A DNA stretch of 63,285 nt, counting the filler, from Basidioascus undulatus (Eukaryota), in assembly GCA_000826855.1 (NCBI GenBank). It is 17 parts of 17 records of this genome, joined end to end, with 100 filler letters (N's around TTAATTAATTAA, not from the genome) between each part and the next. Parts side by side here need not be neighbours in the genome. Positions count along the whole stretch, not along the records: positions 2,534 to 25,531 come from JTLS01000277.1; 16 more parts are not named here. One strand, given 5' to 3'. Numbering within the stretch: position 1 is the first letter of the stretch; each line of letters starts with the position of its first letter. The position numbers were made by a program, and so were the translations under genes. Below are positions 11,213 through 22,886 of the stretch, piece after piece. Under the pieces are notes generated by a model that had not been told where the DNA came from, did not search any database, and was given only the letters and a program-made list of their open reading frames with translations.

Positions 11213-14200
11213 CCATCCCCAGTTTCCCCCATACAACTCCTACACTGCTCCAACTCTCTGCTGTCCTAGATCCCAAAACACACTTCATCATCCCTGTCAC
11301 CCTCTTCTCCAACTCCCAGATCATACCAGCACACACCCTTGTAGGTTCTGGGGCGAACTCACTCTTCATTGATGACTGGTTCGCTGCCCAACACCTGCTA
11401 CACCTTGTCCTGAAACCTGTCCCTCGTCCACTCCATGTCATTGACAGCTGGCCCATCTTGTCCAGTGCAGTCACTCACTTTGTCTCTGCCAATCTCAGTA
11501 TTGGCCCACATTATGAATCCACCTCCTTCGACATCTGCTGTATCAGTCACTACCCCACTCCTTGGCATCCCCTGGCTCCGCTGTCACAATCCCACCATTG
11601 ATTGGCAATGCAACACCATCTCATTCAGCTCTGCCTGCTGCAACCACTCCTGCCTCCCTGTCTCATCTATGCTGTCAGCTCTCCCACTCATCCCCATGTA
11701 TCAAGACCCCACTCTGCACCAGTCTGTCGCCTCAGTAAGCCAAGGGCATGCCAACATGGCTCCTTGCGCCTCTGTCCAGTCCAGCTCCATCGCCCCAGCC
11801 TCTGCCTCAGTCTGCCAAGGGCATGCCAGCTCAGCTCCTTGCGCATCTGTCCAGCCCATATCTCCCAGTCTTGCCCCTGGCACCTCCATCCAGCCCAGCT
11901 CTGTTGTCCCAGCCTCTGCCCCAGTCCACCAAGGGCACACCAGCTCAGCTCCTTGTGCATCTGTCCAGCCTGTGTCTCCCAGCCCTGCCCCTTGCGCCTC
12001 AGCCCAGCCCAAATCCCCCTTCCCACACCCCCATCAGTCCCACCACCTGCACATATCACCCTAATAGGTGCAGCAGCTTTCGCCACCACTGCCACCCTCC
12101 CAGGTTCCACTGCCTTCGCCATGCCCCTCCGTCAAGTCCTCAGTGACCTCACTGCCAATGCCACTAGCCAACCAACTCATCCTGACAACCCATCCACCAC
12201 TCCCCTTTCTGAACTCCCTCTGCCCCTCCTGGACCCCCCAGACTATGTCAACACCCTCCGCAGCATCATACCTCCCAAGTATCATGACCTCCTCACAGCA
12301 TTCTCCAAGACACAGGCAGACACACTTCCCCTGCACTGTCCATATGACCATGCTATTGACCTCGAACCTGGCATGACCCCTCTGTTCAGCCTGCTATACT
12401 CCCTATCTGAGCCTGAACTCAAGGAGCTCTCGACATGGATCCAGGAGAACCTCTCGAAGGGGTTCATCCATGCCTTGAAATCCCCTGCTGGTGCCCCAAT
12501 CTTGTTTGTCAAGAAGAAGGACAGCTCGCTCCACCTCTGTGTTGACTACTGTGGCCTCAACTGCATCACTGTCAAGAACCGCTACCCCCTTCCCCTTATC
12601 TCGGAAACCCTCGACCAGATCCCAAGTGCCAAAACCTTCACCAAGCTTGACCTCCGTGGCGCTTATAACCTCCTCTGTATCAAGTCCGGCGACGAATGGA
12701 AGACTGCCTTCTGCATCTGCTACAGCCACTTCAAATGCCTCGTCATGCCCTTCAGTCTCACCAATGCTCCAGCTTCATTCCAGCACCTCATGAATGACAT
12801 CTTCCGTGACATTCTCAACACCTTCGTCCTCCTACCTTGATGACATCCTCGTCTTCTCCCACAACCCAACCCAACATGAAGAACACATCCGTGAAGTATT
12901 CCGCCGCCTCATTGCCAACGGGCTCTACGCCAAGGTGGAGAAATGCATGTTCTCCAAGACCTCAACTGAGTTTGGTTGAGTTGAGGCAGGCTGCCGCATT
13001 ATTAACTCCCAAATGCGCCCTTATTAGACTCACAATACTTTTTCAGCGTCATAGGGAAAAGGAAGTGCGCAAATCTGACAGCCTCATGGGTGGGCTGACA
13101 TGCAGACTGATGATCATGTGCTTGGATGTTTCCGGCATTGTGCAATAAGAGGTTCAAAAACGCTCGGTTGCATAAAGGGATCACAAACTTGAACCATGCA
13201 TACTCCATCTTTCAGAAAAGATTGGAGCCATTAACCCTCATTGTGGTCTCCAAACCATGACACTCTGACCTTTCACCCCAACTCCTGCAGATATGATCTG
13301 CAAACGTCACATGATGGTAGCTTATGAGTAAGAGTGACTAGTTTACATGCAAGTTGTCACCATGCACCAACTCATATGAAGCAAGGCAAAACCAAATGCT
13401 TAGACTGCAAACTGCACCGGTTTCCAGTGCCACTCTGAATGGGCTCAGGTAGATACATAAGATCACAAAAGCTGCGCTTGCCAAATTTCAAATACTGTCA
13501 TGCAGGATAGTGGACGACATGCAAGTCGGACAAGTGTGTATCGCCTTCCGCGCTTGCTTATGATAGCCACATAAACAAATAGTAGTCTGATCGATGGGGC
13601 TGGAAAACAGTCGAAAACCTGCTTCTGGGTATCTTGCCCTCGTTATATGGAACCCAGATGAATCATATCTCCCACACCATGACCAGCATCGAACTTCCTC
13701 ACACCACCCTAAGCGTCCTGGAAAGCTTCATGGAAGAAGACTCTTCCTCGGAAGCAGTCCAGCGAAGTTCTTACAGCGCTTGACCACACACTTGCCACTG
13801 ACGCTCCAATCTCAGTGCAGTCGATGCCAGCCACGGACTGTCCACGAATGGCTTCACATAACTGCCACCTGTCGGACGAGTGAAAGAAGTGCTAGTAATA
13901 AATGGAGGAACATGATTGAGGGAGTGGGGGAAGAGGGAGGAAGAAAGGGACGACTCACATGCAGCTCTCGAGGTGGCAGCTGCCGTTGAGAGTTGCTGAC
14001 CAGAGGGATTACTGTTTTGACACTGACAAGTTTTACAAGACTCGAAGGGGATCTGTGTTGATATACCGACGATTTTCAGAAGTGGGACAGACAGGAGCCA
14101 GTTTGAAGCAACTGTCAAAGGCTCAAAGGGCTTGCGTCTTTGGGAGCGTGAGGGGGAGTGATAACCCAGTTGATGATTATGAGATAAACGAGCAAGTAAC

Positions 14201-16421
14201 TTTGCAGCTGCTCATTGGCCTACTCAGCGAACACTCCCCTCTAAGAGTGGGAGCTGATTGGTGCAAGGTCCTTATGCTTCCTTCAACTCTGTTCAGGACT
14301 TTGTCGTTATCCAGAGGCCTTGTCCAGTCTTCCATGTTATGGCATCTTTGCGGCTCGACTACTAGCAACTCTCCGCACTGAGGTATTGCAGGCTGTACAG
14401 CGGTAAGGTGACTAATTAAAAGGGTAAAGAATCATTATATGTTAATTGAAATGTAGACTGCTCCTAGGCTACAACAGGTGGACAGAGTTTCACTCTGGTT
14501 CCGCGCCGGTTTTGACCTTCCAGCTAACGGCTGGTGGTTCGCCCTCATCCTCCGCTTCCACCTGCCTCTCCCAGTATTTACGGCGAGATGTGAGTTCCGA
14601 CTCTTCTGGTACGGAAGCAGTGCGTGTACTGCGGGATGTGAACCTCCAAAACTTATCGCTAAAGGCCGTCGGAGAGCGTCTGCTCCGTGATGTTGCTCTT
14701 GAGGTTTATGCAACTAAAGCTGAAACCCTGCTGGGCTCATGTCCAGAGCATAAGGGACTGGAGGTCGACATGGATTGCTGACGGGCACTGGGCTGAGGCA
14801 GTTGGCTTCAAGTCGCTTGGGGGCATACAAAGGTGAGTGGGCCTGGCTGTCGAAACTACGGGAAGCAGGGAGATCAGCGGAAAGAGGACACACACAGAGG
14901 AGCATGGGCATACGGCCCGACGAGATGATGACTTTCGATTGACATATGGCAGATTATGAGTGGAATTACGGTCCCATGAGATCCAGCTAGAGGTTTGATC
15001 ATCGTTGCCTTGCGTGCCACGGTCAGACCGCACTCCCGGGATCGAAGCTTTCGACGGCCTGCGCGAGCCCAGAGTACTTGCTGTCCACGGCTCACCCAAA
15101 GTGATAGGCTCACAGTCGAGACTGTTCTGGAACCAGTATCAGGTGCGCGACCTTTTTCAGTCCTGCTGCCGAAGTACATCGAGAGTAGGGATGCTGGCGG
15201 GCTCTGTCCTGCCGATTCGAGAAGCGAGAGTTTGGGCTCAGCCCGGACAATGACACGCTAGGTTATGAGTTCGGAAGATCGAACATTACCCCAAAGTCTA
15301 CCTCGTGGGGCTAATAACTTCACTGAAGCACTCCACTTGCAGCCGACCCCATAATACAGGTAGCGGAAGCTGCGGCACCGCTGGATCGCAGGATCGATGG
15401 TTGTGCCGGTCCAGGAGCGGTACAGGCTGGTGTACGTGTACTCCGACCTCGATGCAAAACACAATGAAGATTTGCTTGCCATGGACGGTGCAAGACGGTC
15501 CGAGCATGGCTGCCCAGGCGTGAATATCGTTGAGTTGCGGCCTTCCGTACGAATGGTCTAGGCCGGGACCTGCCATGGTGTACCTATCGAATCGAGGGTG
15601 GTGAGGCGCCCCAGCTGCCTGACAGTGACTTGCCTGCATTCCCACTCCGTGCTTGTACAAAATGTACAGTTGTGATAGCCGGCAATTCAAGCTTGGAACT
15701 TCCAACCAAGTCCAAAAGTTCCAAGCTTGAACAGCGATGGAAACGATGGAATTGTCCGAAAGTACACTGAGAAGTTGACCTGTGCTTGACCTCGAGCGAT
15801 TCCAACCTCCTCGCATCGCCGCACCGCTTTGCACGGGCCTCCAACCGCGCGCCGCTGCCTCCTGTCGTCGGCAACTTTGGGCAGAGTGTGCAACATGTGC
15901 GCATGGGTGCGCCTACAATCCTGGGGCAGAACCAAACAGAACACCGATGCTACCCTACAAGTCAGAACAATAATGTTCAGTTGTTGCGCTGCACTTTGTT
16001 TGAAAGAGAATGGCGGCTTGGGAAGGCCAAGCGTGCTTGTATTTTGGGCGGGGCGCGAGTGACAGTTGCCCTGAAACTCGAGTGCCCCTGCGCCGTTCAA
16101 GGCGAGTGTGCCGTCCGCGGGGCATTTGTGGGCTTGGAAGCTGCTCCTTTGCTCATCACCGCCATCATCGTCGCCGCCGCGGACGACGTCCTGCCCATCC
16201 CCGCCCCTTTTCCTTCCCTCTGTCTCTCTATTTCTCTCTCTCTCTCCCCCCATCATCTCCCCGCACACCGCTTTACCCGACAGCCGCCTGGCGCCGCGCC
16301 CCCACACTCGTTTGAATCCACAGCAACCCGACATACACACGCTCGACCAGCCCCGACTCCCGGCTTGCGGCGCTCCGACGCCTAGCTTGCAACACAAACA
16401 TACAATCCCCCTCCCCGACAC

Positions 16422-19400
16422 ATGCGGCAGCGCTTCACCCCCGTGCAGTGTCTAGCCCTCGTCCTCCTCGTCCTCCTCGCCGGCGCGTCCGCGCACGATG
16501 CGCACGCCGCGTCGGGTGCGGCCCGGCACAGGCGCGGGGTGGAGAGGGTCAGGTTTACCGCACAGCACAAGCGGCAGGACGTCTCTGACAGTGAGTTTTT
16601 GGGTTTCTATCAAGGCGGAGACGAGCTGGTGAGCGCGACAACGCGAACCGCGCTCGCGCTGAGGTCTCAGGTCCCGAGGCGAGGAGCCCGCCGCGCAACA
16701 GCACGGGCACGCCCCGACCCCTGATCAGCCACCGGATGAGATTGCATCGGAACTGATTGGAGAATCTCGTTGCCCATGCCCTCCAGCTACCGTAGACGCC
16801 GCGTCGACGACCAATTCCTCTTCGACGTCCACGTCCCTGTCAACCCAGCCCGCGAGCAGCACCTTCTACGATGCCTTCACCTCCTCCTCCACCTCCTCTT
16901 CTCCTTCTTCTTCCCCAACTTCGACCGACACTTCGACCTCTTCCTCGTTGGCCACGTCCACTTCGACGACCTCGACCCCTCTGCCCGAGACCACGACCAC
17001 CAGCTCGACCTCCTCGTCCACTACCAGCGACTCGAGCAGCTCCTCGTCGAGCAGCCCGTCCTCGAGCAGCTCCTCGTCGAGCAGCCCGTCCTCGAGCAGC
17101 TCCTCAACGAGCACCGATGCGCCGAGCAGCTCCCCGTCGAGCACCGATGCGTCGTCCGCCTCTGCGTCGTCCACTTCGAAGTCTTCTACCTCCCCATCTT
17201 TGGCTATTTCCTCGTCCGCTGCTTCCTCTACGCCCACTTCCTCGTCCGCCAATACCGACTCTTCGTCGACTGGAGGCAGCACCTCCTCGTCGTCCGTCGC
17301 GGAGTCTACCTCGTCGCCCTCGGCAGCCACTACGTCAACCACGGCCACTTCTAGCTCCAGCGGTAGGTCTTCGTGATGACTTGGTTGTCCGCCCTCTGTG
17401 CTTACTCTGGAAGTTGGCACAGGATTGCTCGACGGACTCAGCGGCCTGCTTTCGGCCCCGTCCTCTTCGAGCGTAACCCCATCGTCGTCTGTGTCCTCCA
17501 CCATAACAGCGGCCATCACCTCCCCGGCAACGACGGTGACAGGCGAGAACCCGACATCCGCCATTCAGCTGTCGAACGGATCCTACGCCGTCCCGAGTTC
17601 CGCGAGCACTACTACCGCGACCGCTACCGACTCGATTACCCTCTCGACCGCCTCGCCGTCGGAGTCGCTGTCGACCCTCCCGGCGTCCGCGTCGTCGGAG
17701 ACCCAGACACTCTCGACCACCGGTCTTGAGAGTCAGACGCTCTCGACCACCGGTCTCGAGAGCCAGACGCTCTCCACCGTCCCGACTGGCACCGCGAGTT
17801 TGACGACCTCCAACGGCGTTCTCGAGAGCTTCATTTCCTCCTCGTCGGCCGTCCCCCTCACAGACACGACCACGACCGTCGTCCAGACCGTCACGGTTTT
17901 CGGCACGCCGTCGCTCCTCACGACTGTCATCTCGACCACGATCCCCGTCTCGACGGCGAGCGTCACGGGCACGGACTTGACCGCGTCGCTGACCGCTACC
18001 GACTCGAGCGTTCTTCCGACCGGCACCGCGTCGACTACGCTCGAGACCGGTAGAAACTCGACTTCGACGGCCATTGGCACGATCAGCGGGAGCTCGACCG
18101 TCTCGTACAGCGGCACGGTGATCACCTCGGGTACTACTACCTTCTCGACGACGTTTGTCGTGCAGCCCACCCAGTCTGCGAACGGGACCGCGACAGGCTC
18201 GCTCAGCAGCACGTCCGGCACCGCGAGCGCGAGCGGAAACGGGACCGAGACGGGCGCGTCGTCGACCGGGACTTGGGCCGGCACGTGGACCTCTTCGGCG
18301 GCTTCGTCGAGCCCGACGTGGTCCTCTTCGTCCTCGACCTCATCCAACGAGTACAACTTCATAACGCAGACGAACCTCGTGCTCAACACCTACACACCTC
18401 CCGCGCCGACGTCCACCTCGTCTTCCGTCAGCTGGTCCGACGACGGGAGCGGCTGGCAGCAGCAGACGACGGCGACGGCGACCAAGACCGTTGTGCCGAC
18501 GATCCCGACCTTCCCCACGGATATCCCCGGCCTCATCTTCCCTCCGACCGGCGCGGGCTCCAAGCCGACCGCGGCCGCGTCGGACGGTCAGACGAGCTTC
18601 ACGCTCATCAGCATCCTGTTCAGCTCCCAGCTCAACTGGACGTGGCTGCTCAATTCGAGCGTGACGAGCGCGCAGATCTTCGCGGAGATGCCGAGCGTCA
18701 TCGCGCGTGCATTGGGTCTGCAGGGTGAGTACTCGGCTTTTGTTGTACCTGCGGCTCGTCACGAGGTGTGCGCGTGCTGATTGGTAATGGGGACACAGTG
18801 AGCGATATTACGACTTCGGGCCTGCAGGCGTACATCCCGGACAACTACCACTCGGAATCGGACATCCTTGCGCTCTACCTCGCGTATATTCCGTCGAATG
18901 CGGTCGACGATCTGGCAGTTCGTCCACTTCCTTTGTGTTTCCTCGAACCGTCCTGTTGACTTTATGGGCTCTTTCGCGACACAGGCTCAGCTTAAGGCGC
19001 CGAATTCGGCGCTGTACCAGGACCAGCCGGCGAACAGCACCGCCGCGGGCCTCGTGCAGGAGATCAACCCGACGTTCTCGCTCATGGCGTTCTCCAACAC
19101 CGCCGGTGTCGGAGGCGGCAGCGCGACCTCCTCGAGCGCCGCCGCGGACTCGTCCTCGTCGTCTGGCGCCGAAGACAAGCGGCGGGATATCATCATCGGC
19201 GTGTGCGCGGCCATCGGCGCGCTCATCCTCCTCGCCGCGGCGTGGCAGGCGTGGAAGGTGGTCGCGCGCATGCGCGAGTCTCGCCACCACCGGCTCACGC
19301 AGCACTCGTGCGGGAGTGCTGGCGTCGACGACCCGATGGACCCCAACTCGCGCGCCTACGTCGTGCCGGGCGGGCACGGACGCTCGACGAGCCTCAGCGA

Positions 19401-19647
19401 CCGGGTCAGGGACCGCGACAGCTTCTTCTACGCCGAGGACGCCATCGACAGCTACCGTCAGAGCATCGTCACGCACTCGACGGGTGCCGCTGCACCCGGC
19501 AGTGTCATGTCCGGCACGGCGCCGTCAAGCAGCTTCGCGGTCTCGATGGATCCGAACCAACGGACGAGGACCGTGCACCGGAGGGTACCCATTACGGCGA
19601 ACGCCATCTCGCGGCCGGTCTTGCACGAGAGCTCGCTCGGTTTCTAG
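16422..19647 (+). CDS. MSB2: Signalling mucin, Msb2/Hkr1 family (about 5 exons)
   Basis: Signal peptide MRQRFTPVQCLALVLLVLLAGASA and a long Ser/Thr-rich region. HMH-like domain (TLISILFSSQLNWTWLLNSSVTSAQIFAEMP), one TM helix (IIIGVCAAIGALILLAAAW), and tail ISRPVLHESSLGF*. Introns at about 16591-16795, 17363-17413, 18725-18798 and 18918-18984. Confidence 0.85.
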
Positions 19648-20607
19648 AGATGCGCAACTTCGGGTACGTCCCCGCGCCCCCCCCCTTTTCCTCCGCGACG
19701 CTCGCTTTCTCGTGCTCATGTGCCATACCCCTTGTCTCCCCTTGCAGAGTGCTTGCCTCGCTTTCCTTTCTCTTTGGGTTCGAATTCCCCTTGCCTTTCT
19801 ATTTTCCCCCCCACCTTATCTGTCTTTCTCCTCGTTCTATTTCATTCTCGGTTGTTTTCGAAAGCCTATCTCCTCTCCCTCTTAGCCTCCTTTCTTAACG
19901 CTCACATTCCTTCCGAGCTGCTCGACCGATCGCGGGACAATGCTTCAATCTCCTTGAGCCCCTTGCAATGCCCTTTGCGACTTCCAGAGCCCCTTTTACA
20001 CTTTCTCCTCCTTTTCTCAGCCATCTTCTCCATCTTCACACTTTGGCTGTTGGCTGTGGCCATCCCCATACCCCCCCGTCCCTCTCCCACTCATACCTGC
20101 GTTACCCCTGCCGTCGCTCGTCTATAGTGTGGATAGTGTGGATCAGTTCGATGAGTGTGCGCAACTGGTTTGCGGATGAATGCGAATGTCATCCAATGTC
20201 TGTGCGGGCCGACGCTAACCCGATCTTTCCGTCCGAGCGCGATCTACATTCCGTTCAGAGAAGTGAGATGCGAGAGTAGAGCGACTTCGCCGCCAACAGC
20301 GCAGTCGATTTCGAGAATTTCGCTTCTCAGAAGTATTCTTGCACGTCGTCGGCATGACAGCCAGGTTGCGGCACCAACTGGTGTTTGCGATTAACAGTCG
20401 TGCTCGAGGCGCACCTTCGTTTCACTCCGCCGTTGCACATCCAGAAAGGCATCCAAACGCACAAGAGGCGTCGGCGGCGTAAACAAACCGGAGAATATTA
20501 TATCTTATATGCACGTGTGGGGAGGTATCTAGGCACCCGAGAGAACATTGAGAGGAACGACCGGAAACCAGCAAAGTCTACGACAGATAATGCATGGAAG
20601 GGGAATC

Positions 20608-22632
20608 TCAGAGGAGGACCTCGTTGGCGGCCGAGCGGGACAGAGACTTGTTGGGCAGGACCTGCGGGTCGCATAAGTGGACATCAGAAATACAGAATCT
20701 TCAGATAAAATGGGAGAGCGCACGATGCAGCTCCGAATCGACACGTCGCGTGTGACAGTCACGTCCGAGGCTGGTATAATTCCAGAGGCGTTCCGTTAGC
20801 TCTCAGCGGCAGCTGCGAATCGAAAGCACTGCCGAGGCGCACCCAAGATCGCAATGCTTGACTTGGGCGACGACCCCTCGCTCACGAACGGCGCGCCCTC
20901 GACGCGAGCCCAGGGTGCAAGCCTGCACCGCGCGCCGACAATCGCGTGAAGGACGACTGAGTTGACCTGTTTCCCCTCCCCGCCATGTTAGGAGATGCGG
21001 CTCTCGGGTTCCCAACGCGTCAAATGAGATGTGCCTCGAGCTGCGTGTTGTCAAGCACGATGGAGTTGGCGATGCGCACGCCGTCTTTGACGACGACGTT
21101 GGGACCGATGGCGACGTTGGGGCCAATCTTGGCCGTCGGGGCGATGGTGGCAGAGGGCTACAGCGCGCGAGCAGTCAGGTGGGCACATTGTTCCGGTTGA
21201 GAGAAACTCACGTCGATGGTCACGGGCTGGACGATCTCGGGGCCGTCCGCTCCGGGCGCTTTGTACAGCAAGGGGGAGGACACTTCTTGGTATTGCACGA
21301 GGTAGAGGGCATTGGCGGGGATGGCCTATTGTGAGTTGAGTCGGGTGTCAGCCCTGGACGCGCTTGGGAACCAGGCAGCGACGCACAGAACCGGCAGACT
21401 TGATCGGCCTCCAGGGCGCGTCGGTCTCGTACACGTAAAGCTTGCGCTGATCAGCCAGCCTATCGATAGTCCACCATCCGTAAAGCTTCAGCATCCCATA
21501 TAATTCCATATTGTGTGCCCGCGCCGAAACTCACGGAACAATCACATCCTGCTCGAGACGGACGAGCTCGTCGGAGAACGAGAAGGGGTCGGGCTCGATC
21601 ACGCTCGAACGGGTGTCGATGACGCGCTTGATCTCAGCAAAGAGGGAGACGTCGAAGAGGTACACGCCGGTAGAGACCAGGTCCGAGATGTAGGACTCCG
21701 GCTTCTCGGCGTCTGCCCAGCCCCTCAGTCGTAATTCCCGGCGAGCGGAGGACTATGGGATACTCACAGTGCACAGCCAGCGCCGTCTCGTCCGCAACGA
21801 TGCAGCCGTATCGCCCGGCGCTCTCCCTGGGCACGCGCGTGGCTTGGATGGTACCGACGCCGCGGTGCCGCTCATGGAAGGCTTTGAGCTGGGTGAGAGG
21901 GAAGGAGCAGGCAATGTCGGAGTGGATGACGAAGAAGGCTGTGGGGGAGCCCTTGGTGATGAGGTCGCGGAAGTGGTAGGTGCCTGTCGAGGGATCGAGG
22001 CGAAGGTCAACCACGCAGTGAGCGGAGGAGATCCGCAGGAGAGGGGTATAGAGAGACTGGACGAACCGCCGGCGGTGCCCAACTCCTGCCACTCGCGAAG
22101 ATACCGCGTGGTGAGGTGGGGGAACTCCTTGTTCATCTCCTTCACAAAGCCCTGTCCTCCAGAAGACCATCAGTTCCCTTCCTTCATCCATCGCCCCATC
22201 ACAGAACACGCACCGCGAACGTCTCCTCGGACCAGAAGCCGATGAGGAGCGCCTCGGTACAGTCTTTGACTTTCGAGATTGCGCTGATCTGGTGCCAGAT
22301 CATGGGCTTCCCTGTTCCCCGGAGACAGTTCGTCAGGAGCACGTCTCGGTGAGCGAGCGAGAAGACGGTTGCTTACCAGCGATGGGGAACAGCGGCTTGG
22401 GAGTGTCTGCGGAGAGGTTGAGCGGACGGAAGCGGGTCTGGGTGAAGGAGGTGTTGTGAGAGACGTCGAGAAAGGGTAGATGGGAGAGCAGCGTACGCCT
22501 CGAGAAGGCCCGCCGCAGAGGATCTGCAGATCAAAAGGCGAGGATGGCAGTGTGAGTGAGCGCGCGTTCAAGCCAGAATGTCTGGTCCATCTCCACTGTA
22601 ACTCTGAGACTTACAACCGCCTTTGTGACCAT
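20608..22632 (-). CDS. Mannose-1-phosphate guanylyltransferase, alpha (GMPPA-like) subfamily, multi-exon
   Basis: MVTKAV-ILCGGPSRG-TRFRPL..DTPKPLFPIAG; ELGTAGG; FFVIHSDIACSFPL; hexapeptide repeats APTAKIGPNVAIGPNVVV; ends VLPNKSLSRSAANEVLL*. Confidence 0.9.
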
Positions 22633-22886
22633 TGCGCCGTGCACTGAGAATCTAAAGGAAGAGAAGGGAGAGTGTCTGGCGAGTTGGGGGTTCGAAGGCA
22701 AGCTGCAGGCGCTGCAGAATGCTGCAGGGTGAGCTGGCTATCAGTCGAGGGCGGATCGATGTCGTCGGTGGCACGTGTCGGGAATGAGACATTCTCAAAG
22801 CGCGAGGCGCGTCCAAAGTGAACCCAAACCGAAATCTCTTTCGCACTCTCGCTATCCAGCAACTCGTCCTCGCCGTTCGCCATAGC

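Larger units (their letters stand above)
9683..12972 (+). mobile_element. Degenerate Ty3/gypsy retrotransposon, family A copy 2 (5' LTR, PBS, gag, PR, RT; 3'-truncated)
   Basis: Colinear with the reverse complement of ~4420-7517. Gag ATG at 10053, knuckle [44 protein letters not shown]. It breaks off after FSKTSTEF. Confidence 0.95.

Noticed and set aside
11602..12030. Cys/His-rich reading ([16 protein letters not shown]...) as a metal-binding domain in pol
   Set aside because: It is the off-frame reading of the Ser/Pro repeat linker, created by copy-specific frameshifts and CpG decay.
13594..16385. ORFs between the retroelements and MSB2
   Set aside because: Only faint LRR-like wording (14446-14781); I could not build a consistent gene model.
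16866..17564. 232-aa acidic minus-strand ORF and similar long antisense ORFs over GC-rich genes
   Set aside because: Shadow frames of Ser/Thr-rich or GC3-biased sense genes.
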